64,000 bases of DNA from an uncultured delta proteobacterium (lineage in GTDB: Bacteria > Desulfobacterota > Binatia > UBA9968). Where the stretch lies: positions 160,001 through 224,000 of the forward strand of contig CAWFJP010000031.1 of NCBI GenBank assembly GCA_963816145.1. The letters are read 5' to 3'. Shown one piece after another: positions 29,961 through 39,646 of this stretch. Positions within the stretch are counted from its first letter, which is position 1, and every line of letters starts with the position of its first letter. The position numbers and the translations under genes were made by a program. The notes beneath the pieces are model-generated. The model saw only the letters and a list, made by a program, of their open reading frames with translations. It made no database searches and had not been told where the DNA came from.

Positions 29961-30874
29961 TGGTCATCCCTTCAGTCCTATCGTCGGTGCAAGGATGGAA
30001 CACTGCGGCAGCGCGCCTGACCGTTTTGATCATCATCGTGCAGGCGCTTGGGCTTCGAGCTGTCTGGCCACAGGAACCCAATGAAGCGCGGCTCGACGAG
30101 GAAATCTCCAAGCAGGACAAAATCTACCAAAGGCGGGGCGCCGATATTCCCCGTGGCTACGTCACCAACCGAGGGCTCACGAACTACGCGGAGCTTCTTC
30201 CCGCGGGTTTCTGCGCCGCTCTCGGCAAGCTTGGCAGCTCGGATCGCTGGCTCGATATCGGCGCAGGCTCCGGACAAGCGATACTGGACTACTATGTGCC
30301 CGAAGCCGGTGCGGCGTCCGGCGAAAATTGCGTCGGGCCCGGCGCCAAGGCTCGCGCTGTCGCGATGTCCATAGAGGAACGGCAAACCGACAAGTGGCGA
30401 GAGCAAGCCGCGAGTCTCGGCGGCGACCGTATGCGCTACCTCAGCGGCAAGCGTCTGCGCCAATATTCGCCCGAGGAGTTGGGGAAATTTCAGCTCATTA
30501 CCGACGTGTTCGGCGGTTTCTCCTATACCGAGGACTTGTCCCAGTTCGTTGACAAGGTGCTGAGCTTGCTGGAGGTCGGCGGCGCCTTCTACACCCTGCT
30601 GCCAGGCGTGCACTTAGAGAATGACCAGGATAAACTCGGCATCTTGTATTTGACCGAGCTGGAGGGGGCTGCCGGCCGCCCCGAGAAAGTGTGCTCCTGG
30701 TTGAAGAAGACCACCTGCGCGAAAGTCGGCTGCGAGTCCAAGAGCGACTGGAAAAGGCCCACCGAGCTGATAAAAGTCGAGAAGGTCTGCAGCGATGTCT
30801 CTGTCCCGCGCATGAAATTATTGGAGTTCGAGGCGGGATATCCTCCCGGCCGGCGCTTCCAATTGGAGCAGTAG
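29960..30874 (+). CDS. Secreted SAM-methyltransferase-fold protein, paralog 1
   Basis: Signal-like N-terminus; WLDIGAGSG, FQLITDVFGG, LEVGGAFY; six Cys. Confidence 0.85.
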   Translation: MVIPSVLSSVQGWNTAAARLTVLIIIVQALGLRAVWPQEPNEARLDEEISKQDKIYQRRGADIPRGYVTNRGLTNYAELLPAGFCAALGKLGSSDRWLDIGAGSGQAILDYYVPEAGAASGENCVGPGAKARAVAMSIEERQTDKWREQAASLGGDRMRYLSGKRLRQYSPEELGKFQLITDVFGGFSYTEDLSQFVDKVLSLLEVGGAFYTLLPGVHLENDQDKLGILYLTELEGAAGRPEKVCSWLKKTTCAKVGCESKSDWKRPTELIKVEKVCSDVSVPRMKLLEFEAGYPPGRRFQLEQ

Positions 30875-30969
30875 GGGTGGTGGAGTTGAATTCACAGCGC
30901 CGGTGCGCGATGAACAAAACGAAAAGCTGGAAAGTCTGGAGGTAAAAATCTTAACGTTCATTGCCCGTG

Positions 30970-31153
30970 TGAATCGTTCTCAGGATTAACCTGCCGGGAA
31001 CCGCGGCCGCGATCGACCAATCAGATTCCAGCCCTGCTGATCGTCCTCATGGCGGCTTCGGTCTTCCGGCCACCGGCGGTGTAAATTATGGCTGGAACAG
31101 CTTTGAGAAGGCTATCAACAACAGCCGCCTTTCCAACACGAGGAGGAAGTAAT
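30970..31153 (+). pseudogene. Internally deleted remnant of the alpha/beta hydrolase (5' end fused to 3' end)
   Basis: TGAATCGTTCTC..GAACCGC matches ~28968-29060; GCCACCGGCGG..TATGGCTGGAACAGCTTTGA matches ~29876-29960. Confidence 0.8.
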
Positions 31154-31157
31154 CGTC

Positions 31158-32039
31158 GTGCGTTCAGTTATATCGTCAGTGAAAAAATCGAGGACCGCGG
31201 GAACGCTCCTCGCCGTTGTGATCTTCCTGCAAGCGATTAGCGCTAGCGCTGGCTGGCCACAGGAATCCGCTCCACCGCGGATCGACGAAGAATTCACCAA
31301 GCAGGAAACAATCTACCGCGGCCGGGGCGCCGACGGTACGAGAGGCTATATTACCAGCCGAGGGCTTTCGGACTATGTGGCACTACTTCCCTCCGGCTTC
31401 TGCAACACGCTCGCCAAGCTCGGCAGCGCGGACCGATGGCTGGATATCGGAGCGGGCGCCGGACTGGCGATATTGGACTACTACAATCTCGCAAAGTGCG
31501 CTCGGCGTGGCGTCAAGGCGCGTGCGGTGGCGATGTCGATCGAGGATCGCCGGAGCGATGCATGGAAAAAGCAGGCGGCGAGCCTCGACGCCAACCGGCT
31601 ACGCTATCTCACCGGCAAGCGTCTGCGGCATTATTCACCCGAGGAGCTGGGGAAATTCCAGATGATTACCGATGTCTACGGCGGCTTCTCCTACACCGAA
31701 GACTTGTCCCAGTTCGTAGAGAAGGTGCTTAGCCTCCTGGAGGCCAAGGGTGTCTTCTACACGATGTTGCAAGGCGTGCGTTTAGAGAATGGCAAGGACC
31801 AACCCGATACGGCTTATCAAACCGAGCTGCTGGACCCGGCCAGTGGCAACGTGAAAGTTTGCTCCTGGCTGAAGAAGATAAGCTGCGTGAAGGTTGGCTG
31901 TGAGTCGAGCAGTGAATGGGCACCCACCGAGCGGATCAATATCCGGAAGGTCTGCAGCGATGTATCCGTTCCGCGCTTGAAATTATTGGAATACCAGTCT
32001 GGGGCTCCTCCCGGCAGGCGATTCCAATTGGCGCCATAG
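31158..32039 (+). CDS. Secreted SAM-methyltransferase-fold protein, paralog 2
   Basis: WLDIGAGAG; six conserved Cys; PPGRRFQL C-terminus. Confidence 0.85.
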   Translation: MRSVISSVKKSRTAGTLLAVVIFLQAISASAGWPQESAPPRIDEEFTKQETIYRGRGADGTRGYITSRGLSDYVALLPSGFCNTLAKLGSADRWLDIGAGAGLAILDYYNLAKCARRGVKARAVAMSIEDRRSDAWKKQAASLDANRLRYLTGKRLRHYSPEELGKFQMITDVYGGFSYTEDLSQFVEKVLSLLEAKGVFYTMLQGVRLENGKDQPDTAYQTELLDPASGNVKVCSWLKKISCVKVGCESSSEWAPTERINIRKVCSDVSVPRLKLLEYQSGAPPGRRFQLAP

Positions 32040-32088
32040 GGCTGGTGGAATTGCATTCATGCGTGCCGGTGCGCGATGAATAAAAAGC

Positions 32089-32193
32089 GACATAGAGGGT
32101 CGACATAGAGGGTCGCATCTTTACTTAAGGCGTTCGACTGTCGATTACCCACGGGTTATCGGGCCGGGCCTGGGTATTGAGTTATTTTTTCCC
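32089..32193 (+). repeat. ~90-bp dispersed element, copy 2
   Basis: Matches 4973-5062; GACATAGAGGGTC is tandemly duplicated at the left edge. Confidence 0.85.
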
Positions 32194-32415
32194 GCGGCCG
32201 TCGGTAGAGGTGCGCTTGGTCAGCGTCTTGGAGAATGCCATGACTAACGAAGGGCAGATCAGTTATCTGAAAGCCTACCACCGCCTCGGCGGCTGGTTCC
32301 CGCGCGCGGCCAAGGACTCAGCGAGCGTCCGCTGAGAGGACCGCGCTCTCGCATCGACCGCGCGTGGTGCGACCGACGAAAATCCGAAATCTCAAAATAC
32401 AAGACTTGACACCGA

Positions 32416-32716
32416 TGCGGTCTTGTCGAGAGAGCCGAAGAATGGCAGTGGTCTAGTCTTTGTCGGAGTGCTCGACACGACGGGAAGTTTGCCGACTTTT
32501 TGAGTCCGTGGCCGATGGGGCGACCGCAAAACTGAATTGAATGGATCAACGAGCCGGATAAAGCGTCGGAGTTGGATGACCCACGATCAAGCGCGCAGCG
32601 AGGCCGGCCTTTCGGTAGCGAAGAGTGAATGATCAACATCGCCAAGAAACTTGGGCTTGAAGCGACCATGCATTCGCGCGGCCGTCCAAAGCGAAAGTAA
32701 AAGACTCCCGACCCCC
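32416..32716 (+). pseudogene. 3' half of a REP-associated tyrosine transposase (RAYT) with flanking REP-like motif
   Basis: GLVERAEEWQWSSL...QRGRPFGSEE*...LGLEATMHSRGRPKRK* with two internal stops; followed by AAAGACTCCCGACCCC. Confidence 0.8.
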
Positions 32717-32731
32717 TTTTCGCTTGCCACA

Positions 32732-33088
32732 CTAGTCAAGCCCTTTCGCTCCTTTGGACTTCAAGTAATCTCTGGTCGAAGGCGTCAGTCCCGTGGCGCC
32801 CTCGAAGGAGGCGCCATCTGCGACCACGTTCGTAAGATCGGCACCCGCCAATTTTGCTCCGTCGAAACTTGCATGGGTTAATTTGGCGTTTCTCAGGTTT
32901 GCGCCGGTCAGGTCGCAGCTGTTCAGGCGCGCGTGATTTAAGCAACAACCTTCCAAATCCGCCCTCCGCAACTCTAAGCTGGAAAAATCCATGAAGGATA
33001 GAAAGAGGTTGCGCAGATCAACCCCGACCAAACTTTCATGGTTGTAAACCCGCTTCAGGATATGTTTTAAATCTCTTCCGTTCGGCAT
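32732..33088 (-). CDS. Pentapeptide repeat protein
   Basis: ADLEG-CCLNH-ARLNS-CDLTG-ANLRN-AKLTH repeats; GGAGG RBS. Confidence 0.9.
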   Translation of the reverse strand: MPNGRDLKHILKRVYNHESLVGVDLRNLFLSFMDFSSLELRRADLEGCCLNHARLNSCDLTGANLRNAKLTHASFDGAKLAGADLTNVVADGASFEGATGLTPSTRDYLKSKGAKGLD

Positions 33089-33100
33089 TTTTCAGCCTCC

Positions 33101-33526
33101 TCAATTGTTTGTCGTCGAGGGCTGCGGATTTTCGAGCATGGCTCTGGCGGATTCCGGCGTCAACGAATCCGCGACCACGGCCGCGGCGCCGCGCGGCAAA
33201 GCATTCAGAAGAGCCCGGCTTATGTGCGCAGAGGCCGCCAAAACGATCGGAACACCTCCTGCCAACGCCCGACATTCGTGCACGTCGGATAGCGCTGCTC
33301 CATCGGATTTGTGAATGCTGAGGATAATAAGATGCGGTCGCTGCGGGTAAACCAAATGCCATGCGTTTTGAACACAGTCGCAACGAACGACATGATGTCC
33401 TTCCCGCCCGAGAGCAGTTGCAAGCGCGCTATTTGTTTCATTGTCGATCAGCAGAATTTTCTTTATTTCTACTCTTCGTGGCCTTTTATCGATGCTCTTC
33501 TTGACGAGGGTATGTAAGGTTTCCAT
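33101..33526 (-). CDS. Atypical single receiver-domain protein
   Basis: KILLIDNE, GHHV, RPHLIILS (Ser at the phosphoacceptor position), VPIVLA; AAGGAG RBS. Confidence 0.7.
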   Translation of the reverse strand: METLHTLVKKSIDKRPRRVEIKKILLIDNETNSALATALGREGHHVVRCDCVQNAWHLVYPQRPHLIILSIHKSDGAALSDVHECRALAGGVPIVLAASAHISRALLNALPRGAAAVVADSLTPESARAMLENPQPSTTNN

Positions 33527-33672
33527 CTTTGAATCTCCTTTGGTGCGCCGAAACATCCTTTTTTCTGTCCGCCCCATGCCATTTGAACGCGCATGGAGAA
33601 CTCAAAACCGTGACGGCTGCATGCGCAGCGTCGGGGTTTCCCGGGTTTCGAACAAACGAGATGTCGAAGCGA

Positions 33673-34017
33673 TCAGAGATTCAGCGCGGACTCGAGAAGA
33701 TAGAGAGAGGGTCGGGCGGCGGGATCGCCTTGAAACCGGAGATGACCCAACGGGTAACCGGGCAGAATTGGCGGATCCGTTTTGATTTCGATAACGTGTC
33801 GCGGCACGTGTGGGAGGTCGGTAACACCTTCGTTCGGTAGCGCTAGCAGGAACGCTCTTCCGTCGGCGCGAGACGGTGTCGCGTTGTCGACCGGCAGGTG
33901 AAAGCTAACGTTTTGATTAATCCGCAGTGTAAACTGTCGCAACGATAGAATTCTGTTGGACAGAATGCCAAGGCCAAGGAGACAGAGAATGAGAGGAGTG
34001 ATTAGTCGTTTACTCAA
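33673..34017 (-). CDS. Hypothetical protein with N-terminal hydrophobic segment
   Basis: 114 aa; LITPLILCLLGLGIL; co-oriented with the two downstream genes; no family recognised. Confidence 0.35.
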   Translation of the reverse strand: MSKRLITPLILCLLGLGILSNRILSLRQFTLRINQNVSFHLPVDNATPSRADGRAFLLALPNEGVTDLPHVPRHVIEIKTDPPILPGYPLGHLRFQGDPAARPSLYLLESALNL

Positions 34018-34070
34018 TTTCGCTACGACTAATTAAATCATTTGTGCCGAAAAACTCAATAGCACGGATT

Positions 34071-34240
34071 TATCTGTCGCGGGAGTGGAGCGGGCTGAGG
34101 ACCAAGGAGTTGGGGCGGCGGCTGCATCGGGACGCGTCGATGATTAGCCGGTTGTACGGTTGGTACCACGGACCATCGGGATAAGCCAACGGAGGAGAGG
34201 CTAGCCCGTAGATCTGGCAAAATAATCAATACTCAGGCCT
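34071..34240 (+). pseudogene. 3' remnant of a RAYT-type transposase with C-terminal HTH
   Basis: YLSREWSGLRTKELGRRLHRDASMISRLYGWY then frameshifts; ends in TCAATACTCAGGCC. Confidence 0.6.
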
Positions 34241-34324
34241 AAGCACTAGCTGACCCTAAGCAACTGAGCAAACTAAGCAACTGAGCAATCCCCTTCTTCT
34301 TGCCGGCGCTGACTTTTTGGCTCC

Positions 34325-34522
34325 CAGCCCCATTCTCGCCCTTAGCTCTACAACTTCTTGTTTGCCATCGCGGCGGCTTCCCGCAAAAGACGCAACTTCG
34401 CCCCGGCGGACGGGCGCTGGACTCGCCTGCCTAGGCCGCAGTCGTCGCGTTAACAAAAGCCGTTGGACAGCTACGCCCCGTCTGTTTTCGCCACGGCAAT
34501 CTCGTTGAAGTAGGGGAGTGCG
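34325..34522 (-). repeat. MetE-II 3'-end repeat, copy 5, with shared extension
   Basis: Reads DCGLGRRVQRPSAGAKLRLLREAAAMANKKL*; extension shared with the 11.9 kb copy. Confidence 0.8.
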
Positions 34523-34695
34523 CTTGAGAGGCGAGAGCGTTAAGCAACTAAGCAACCCGTGACCCCGGCGCACTGCTCGGAGCCGGCTCGCTTGCGAGTT
34601 GACACAACGCAGCCCATGCGGCTAAGTTCCAGCGCAAATGGCCGGCGGCGACCGTGCGCGGTTTCTGGCTCAGCCAGACAAAAAAAGGAAATTAT

Positions 34696-35886
34696 ATGAA
34701 GCACAGCACGCAAAGAATTCTCACGACTCACGTGGGCAGCCTGGCGCGAACCGACGGCCTGTTGCCGCTGCTTCGACTCAAGGAACAAGGTCAGCCCTAC
34801 GCCCGCGAAGAGCTTGCGCGGCAGGTGCGTGAGGCGGTCGCTTACGTGGTGCAAAAGCAGGTCGAAGCGGGCGTCGATATCGTCACCGACGGCGAGCAGG
34901 GCAAATCGGGCTTCTTCACCTACGTCATCGAACGATTCAACGGCTTCGAGCGCAAGCCGCCCGCTCCGGGCAAAGAGATGAGACCGCGCTCGGCGGGCCG
35001 GGAGTATCTGGCTTTTCCCGACTACTACGCCTGGTCCGAGCGCATCGCCGCGCCGTTCGGCGGGCGCAGCGGGCGCGGCGGCAGCGACGCCGACATCTGC
35101 ACCGGCCCCGTCAGCTATAAAGGCCAGGCGGCGGTCCAGGCCGATATCGCCAACCTCAAAGCGGCGGTTGCCGGCCGCGCCCATGAGGACGTTTTTGTGC
35201 CGGCGATCGCTTCTTCCTACGTCGCGTCTACGTTTGCCAACGAATACTACCGCACCCTCGAGGAGTACGAGCAGGCGGTGTCCGACGCGCTGCGCGAAGA
35301 ATACCAAGCGATTGTCGACGCCGGATTTATTCTCCAGATCGACGATCCGCGCCTGGTCACCTATTACATGATGCACCCGGAGTTAACCGTCGAAGACTGC
35401 CGGAAGTGGGCGGAAAAGCGTGTCGACGCGATCAACTACTCGCTGCGCGGCATCGCCCCCGAGAAGGTCCGCTTTCACACCTGCTACTCGATCGATGTCG
35501 GTCCGCGGATTCACGAAATGGACTTGAAGGACATCGTCGACATCCTTCTGAAAATCAACGCCGGCGCCTATTCGTTCGAAGCGGCCAACCCACGGCACGA
35601 ACATGAATACCATGTCTTCGAGCGGGTCAAGCTGCCCGCCGGAAAAATTCTCATACCCGGTGTGATCAGCCACACGACAAATTTAGTCGAACACCCGGAA
35701 TTGGTCGCTGAACGGATCGTGCGCTTTGCAAAATTAGTCGGGCGCGAAAACGTCATCGCCGGCGCCGACTGCGGCTTTGCCGCTTCGGCCCTGAGGTTCA
35801 ACGATACCCATCCGAGCGTCGCCTGGCTAAAGTTTGCCGCCTTGGCGGAGGGCGCCCGACTGGCGACCGAACACTTGTGGAATTGA
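34696..35886 (+). CDS. Cobalamin-independent methionine synthase II family protein
   Basis: RILTTHVGSL, FHTCY, FEAANPRHEHE, VEHPELVAERI, AGADCGF. Confidence 0.92.
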   Translation: MKHSTQRILTTHVGSLARTDGLLPLLRLKEQGQPYAREELARQVREAVAYVVQKQVEAGVDIVTDGEQGKSGFFTYVIERFNGFERKPPAPGKEMRPRSAGREYLAFPDYYAWSERIAAPFGGRSGRGGSDADICTGPVSYKGQAAVQADIANLKAAVAGRAHEDVFVPAIASSYVASTFANEYYRTLEEYEQAVSDALREEYQAIVDAGFILQIDDPRLVTYYMMHPELTVEDCRKWAEKRVDAINYSLRGIAPEKVRFHTCYSIDVGPRIHEMDLKDIVDILLKINAGAYSFEAANPRHEHEYHVFERVKLPAGKILIPGVISHTTNLVEHPELVAERIVRFAKLVGRENVIAGADCGFAASALRFNDTHPSVAWLKFAALAEGARLATEHLWN

Positions 35887-35967
35887 GCTAAAGGATCGCG
35901 CCGCACTCAAGTATTGTAGCGTCCTGTCCCTGAAGTTCGCTGTATAACTCCGTGGTCATTCCGTCCG

Positions 35968-36058
35968 AAAATCTCCCCTTCCCCTCTTTTCCAAAGAGGG
36001 GTTAACATCCCACGGAGAAGATTCTCCCTTTGAAAAAGGGGGGACAAAGGGGGATTTG
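35968..36058. repeat. REP-like compound hairpin between convergent genes
   Basis: CCCCTCTTTT..AAAGAGGGG and CCCTTT..AAAGGG; related to 45616-45714. Confidence 0.65.
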
Positions 36059-36141
36059 AGTTCGACTTGAGCCGCGGTCACCGTTTGGACTTTTTCAACG
36101 AATTTCAGATACACCACACGAGACATCGCGGCTTTGTTCCT

Positions 36142-37140
36142 TCACCGATAGAGTGCATCGATAAATCCGGATTTGTCCATCTCTTCGAGTAAACTTACGT
36201 CGATAAAATCCCTCGGGTTCGCTGTCTTGGCCGCGGGAATCCGCTCGCTGGCATCTTTAATGATGGTCCTAAAGCCTTCGATCGACGGATAGGGCTTGGG
36301 TTTGACGATCTCGCGCAGCGCTTGGTAGGCGTCGTCGATGCGCTTGTCGTCTTTGGTTTGCCGGTATTTGGCAAAGGCCTTTCTGGAAATATCGGGATTG
36401 GTCTTCACCAGGTGGATCGCCTCGACGTAGGACTTGAGAAAACGCCGGACGAGATCGCGCTTGCGCGCCAGCACCCGCTGGGTCGTGACCAGCCCGCTGC
36501 CTTGAAACGCAATGTTCAAATCGCGCAGATTGAGCAAGATCTTCATGCCGGCGCGCAGCGCTTCCAGATGGTCTGGAGGCGAGATCAGAGTGGCGTCGAT
36601 GGCACCGCCGGATATCGCCATCAGCCGTTCCGGACTATCGCCGACCTGGAGCAGCGTGACGTCCCGCTCGCTCAAGCCGTAGCGCGGCAGCACGTAGATC
36701 AAACGCAAATGCGAGGCTGCGCCGAAGCGGAAAACGCCGATCCGTTTTCCCCTGAGATCTTCCATGGATTTGATATTGGGACGCGCCACCAGCCGGTCGT
36801 CGAGGGTGTCTTGCACGCCGGCAATCATCACCGGATCGGCTCCTTGCAGCCTGGCGGAGGACATGAGGGAGCCCGTCATCTGGCCGAAATCAACCTCGCC
36901 CGCCACCAAAGTTTCGATCGCCGCGCGGGTGTAAACGATTTCCGCGCTGATGCCGTTCTTGGGTAAAAGCCCGCTGACTTCGGCAACCCACAACACCCCT
37001 TGGCTCGGCGAAACCGCCGAGAACGCCACTCTGACTTTATCCGCGGCAAAACTTGGCGGGGCAAGAACAATCACCAGCAGAATGCTGAATCCAAGAACCG
37101 GCAATTTGTTGCTGCCGGATAGGGATCGCGGGCAGAACAT
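36142..37140 (-). CDS. ABC transporter solute-binding protein, NitT/TauT family
   Basis: Signal peptide; DLRGKRIGV, KPYPSIEG, EMDKSGFIDALY. Confidence 0.92.
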   Translation of the reverse strand: MFCPRSLSGSNKLPVLGFSILLVIVLAPPSFAADKVRVAFSAVSPSQGVLWVAEVSGLLPKNGISAEIVYTRAAIETLVAGEVDFGQMTGSLMSSARLQGADPVMIAGVQDTLDDRLVARPNIKSMEDLRGKRIGVFRFGAASHLRLIYVLPRYGLSERDVTLLQVGDSPERLMAISGGAIDATLISPPDHLEALRAGMKILLNLRDLNIAFQGSGLVTTQRVLARKRDLVRRFLKSYVEAIHLVKTNPDISRKAFAKYRQTKDDKRIDDAYQALREIVKPKPYPSIEGFRTIIKDASERIPAAKTANPRDFIDVSLLEEMDKSGFIDALYR

Positions 37141-37163
37141 GATGGACCCCCGGTAGGTTTTTT

Positions 37164-37299
37164 GGGTAGTGGTTCAGTCAGATAGAGATCTCTCACTTCG
37201 TTCGAGATGACATGGCGAGTATTCTGCTGTCATTTCGAGCGAAGCGAGAAATCTTTCTCAGGCTGAAAACGTCCGCCCGACTCAAACTGAACCGCTAGC
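37164..37299. mobile_element. MITE family B, copy 1
   Basis: GGTAGTGGTTCAGT...ACTGAACCGCTA TIR; 7-bp flanking direct repeat GTTTTTT; internal GTCATTTCGAGCGAAGCGAGAAATCT inverted pair. Confidence 0.8.
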
Positions 37300-37446
37300 G
37301 TTTTTTTTGCGCACGCCGCAGGTGCCGAAACCTTCCACAGCTGCGTTTGGTCGGACGATAGTCGAGTCATTGCGCAGCGTCAAGCACAATCAACGTCAGC
37401 ACTTGGGGTTAAATCGTTGCCTTTGATATCGCTGCAGATTCTGGAA

Positions 37447-37605
37447 AAATCTGGGCTTAGGCCTTTCAATCTTAACAATCGTCCAGCCCCTTCCTTGAAC
37501 AACCCTACTGCCCCCGCGAGCAGACCTGTGATGAACCCACTCTGATCGAGTTCGCCGACGCAATCTTCCGGCTTTGCGTTCTGCGCTTTGGGATGTTTTT
37601 TTGAC
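37447..37605 (-). pseudogene. 3' fragment of a NitT/TauT SBP gene joined to the same terminal motif as the MetE-II repeats
   Basis: KKHPKAQNAKPEDCVGELDQSGFITGL followed by GGGGCTGGACGATTGTTAAGATTGAAAGGCC. Confidence 0.7.
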
Positions 37606-37930
37606 CGAAGTAGCGGGGGAATTCCGGCGAGCCGAGGCGCCGAATTGACCGCGCTTTTGATCACCGCATCCTAGGACTCTTCGAGCACAGCGCGATCTCC
37701 GATGCGAAAGTATTTGCCATGGTTTTCATAGGAAACCTGGCAGGGCAGGAGGGCAGGCAAAAGTTATTGACCGAAGATACGGAAAGTGTATCTAGGACCT
37801 CAGTACGAAGCGAAGGACTCGAGGCAAGAACGGGATCACGCCCCGCGGGCATTTCCGGGACGACCCGCAGACAAGGAGCAAGTCCACGTCACGTCTTAAA
37901 GAACGGAAGTTTTATCAGCGCGAGGAAAAT

Positions 37931-38833
37931 ATGATCGCCAAGAGTTCAGTCAAATGGTCGGCGAAAGCATGGAATGCTACGGCGGCGCGCGTGGCCGTTG
38001 TGATCGTCATGGCGGTGCAGTCGCTTGGAACTGGCTGGACTCAGGAGCCTGTGCAACCGCGGCTCGACGAGGAATTCGCAAAGCAGGAAAAAATTTACCG
38101 CAGACGGGATGCCGGGAGCTACACTGCGAACCGCGGGCTGTCGAACTACGCGGAGGTTCTTCCCACCGGCTTCTGCGACGCCCTCGGCAGGCTCGGCAGC
38201 TCGGACCGATGGCTGGATATCGGCGCGGGCGAGGGGCACGCCATACTCGACTACTACGCACCGCAAGGCGATGCGGCTGCTGAAAAGTGCGGCGGATCCG
38301 GTCCCAGGGCGCGCGTGGTCGCGATCTCCATCGAGAATCGCCGGACGGCCAAATGGGAAGAGCGGGCCGCGAGCCTCGGCGCTGACCGCATACGGTATCT
38401 CTCCGGCAGACGTCTGAGCCAGTATTCGCCCGAGGAACTTGGCAAATTCAAGATCATCACCGATGTGTACGGCGGCTTCACTTACACGGAGAATTTGTCC
38501 CGATTCATCGAGAAGGCGCTGAGCTTGCTGGAGATCGGCGGCGCCGTCTACACGGTGTTGCCGGCCGTGCACTTGGAGGATGGCGCGGACAAACTCGGCG
38601 CCTGGTATAAGACCGAGCTGGTGGATGCAGCCAGCCGCCCGGTAAAAGTTTGCTCCTGGCTTAAGCAGACAAGCTGCACAAAAATCACCTGCGAGTCGAA
38701 GACCGACTGGGACGAACCCACGCAGTTGATAGAGATTCGCAAGGTTTGCAGCGGCGTTTCGGTCCCGCGCACGAACCTTGTGGAGTACATAGCGGGGGCT
38801 CCTCCCGGCAGGCGATTTCAATTGGAACCGTAG
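37931..38833 (+). CDS. Secreted SAM-methyltransferase-fold protein, paralog 3
   Basis: WLDIGAGEG; six Cys; preceded by a remnant of the hydrolase stop region (KNGSFISARK). Confidence 0.85.
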   Translation: MIAKSSVKWSAKAWNATAARVAVVIVMAVQSLGTGWTQEPVQPRLDEEFAKQEKIYRRRDAGSYTANRGLSNYAEVLPTGFCDALGRLGSSDRWLDIGAGEGHAILDYYAPQGDAAAEKCGGSGPRARVVAISIENRRTAKWEERAASLGADRIRYLSGRRLSQYSPEELGKFKIITDVYGGFTYTENLSRFIEKALSLLEIGGAVYTVLPAVHLEDGADKLGAWYKTELVDAASRPVKVCSWLKQTSCTKITCESKTDWDEPTQLIEIRKVCSGVSVPRTNLVEYIAGAPPGRRFQLEP

Positions 38834-38844
38834 CCGGATATCAC

Positions 38845-38915
38845 CTGCGCGCAGCTTGGGCCAGGCGATTTGCGGATGGACGCGGCCGCCTAGCCGCTGT
38901 CGCAACGTTAATCAC
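38845..38915 (-). repeat. MetE-II 3'-end repeat, copy 6 (partial)
   Basis: Reads LGGRVHPQIAWPKLRA. Confidence 0.75.
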
Positions 38916-39016
38916 GAGGGTTAACTCGGTGACATTGCTCCATGTGCTGGAGCTCAGCGCGGCCACAGACTTTCACTTCTCGGCAACTGCGCGGGTCTGC
39001 GAAACTCGCTAGTTGT

Positions 39017-39120
39017 CTAGACCGTCTTGGCAAACGCTTTATTCTTTTCCTTCTCGTAGGCGAGCAGCTACTTGAAGCTCGGACATTCCTCGATCCCGCG
39101 AAATGCGCCGCGACGTTGAA
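39017..39120 (-). pseudogene. Decayed 3' end of the cassette GST gene
   Basis: AACGTCGCGGCGCATTTC...CTCGCCTACGAGAAGGAA...TTTGCCAAGACGGTCTAG matches the GST tail. Confidence 0.8.
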
Positions 39121-39284
39121 AAACGTGAAACCTCAGCTAGCCAACCGCGTACCTGAGAACGTTGCCGGCAATTCGCTGAGTTCTCCCCGACAAAGCCGCC
39201 GGTTTGACACAGGGCTGAGTTCGCGGCTACAAAGTTTGCTGTCCTGTCGCTGGGTGGACGCCGTAAAAGGTTAGGACTTCGCCT

Positions 39285-39524
39285 GTGCCGAAGTCGAAAC
39301 GAAGTTATTTCGGTGCGGATCTGCACATGAGTGTGAACGAACGCATAAGCACCTACGACTCGGCGTTCAGAATCGCTGAATTCATGCTCAACCTGCTGCC
39401 GATGCAGGATCCGCCGACCCGGAATCGCCTGGAGGAATATGTGCGCAAGCATTTGTCCGAGGGCGCAGGCGGGTTTCGCTGCTCTTGCGATCAGGATTTT
39501 CTCACGATCCGCCCGCGCGCATGA
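39285..39524 (+). pseudogene. Probable C-terminal gene fragment of unknown family
   Basis: Protein-like FRIAEFMLNLLPMQDPPTR...CSCDQDFLTIRPRA* with no convincing start. Confidence 0.35.
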
Positions 39525-39646
39525 TACGCCCGCAGCCTGAGTATCGCACCGTTCGCTCCGACAAACTCAGGTCGTCCGCGCGGTGAGCGCCGGCTTGCGG
39601 CGAATCGGTCACGCGTAGCTTATGATCCTATGTACGCTTTGCTAAG

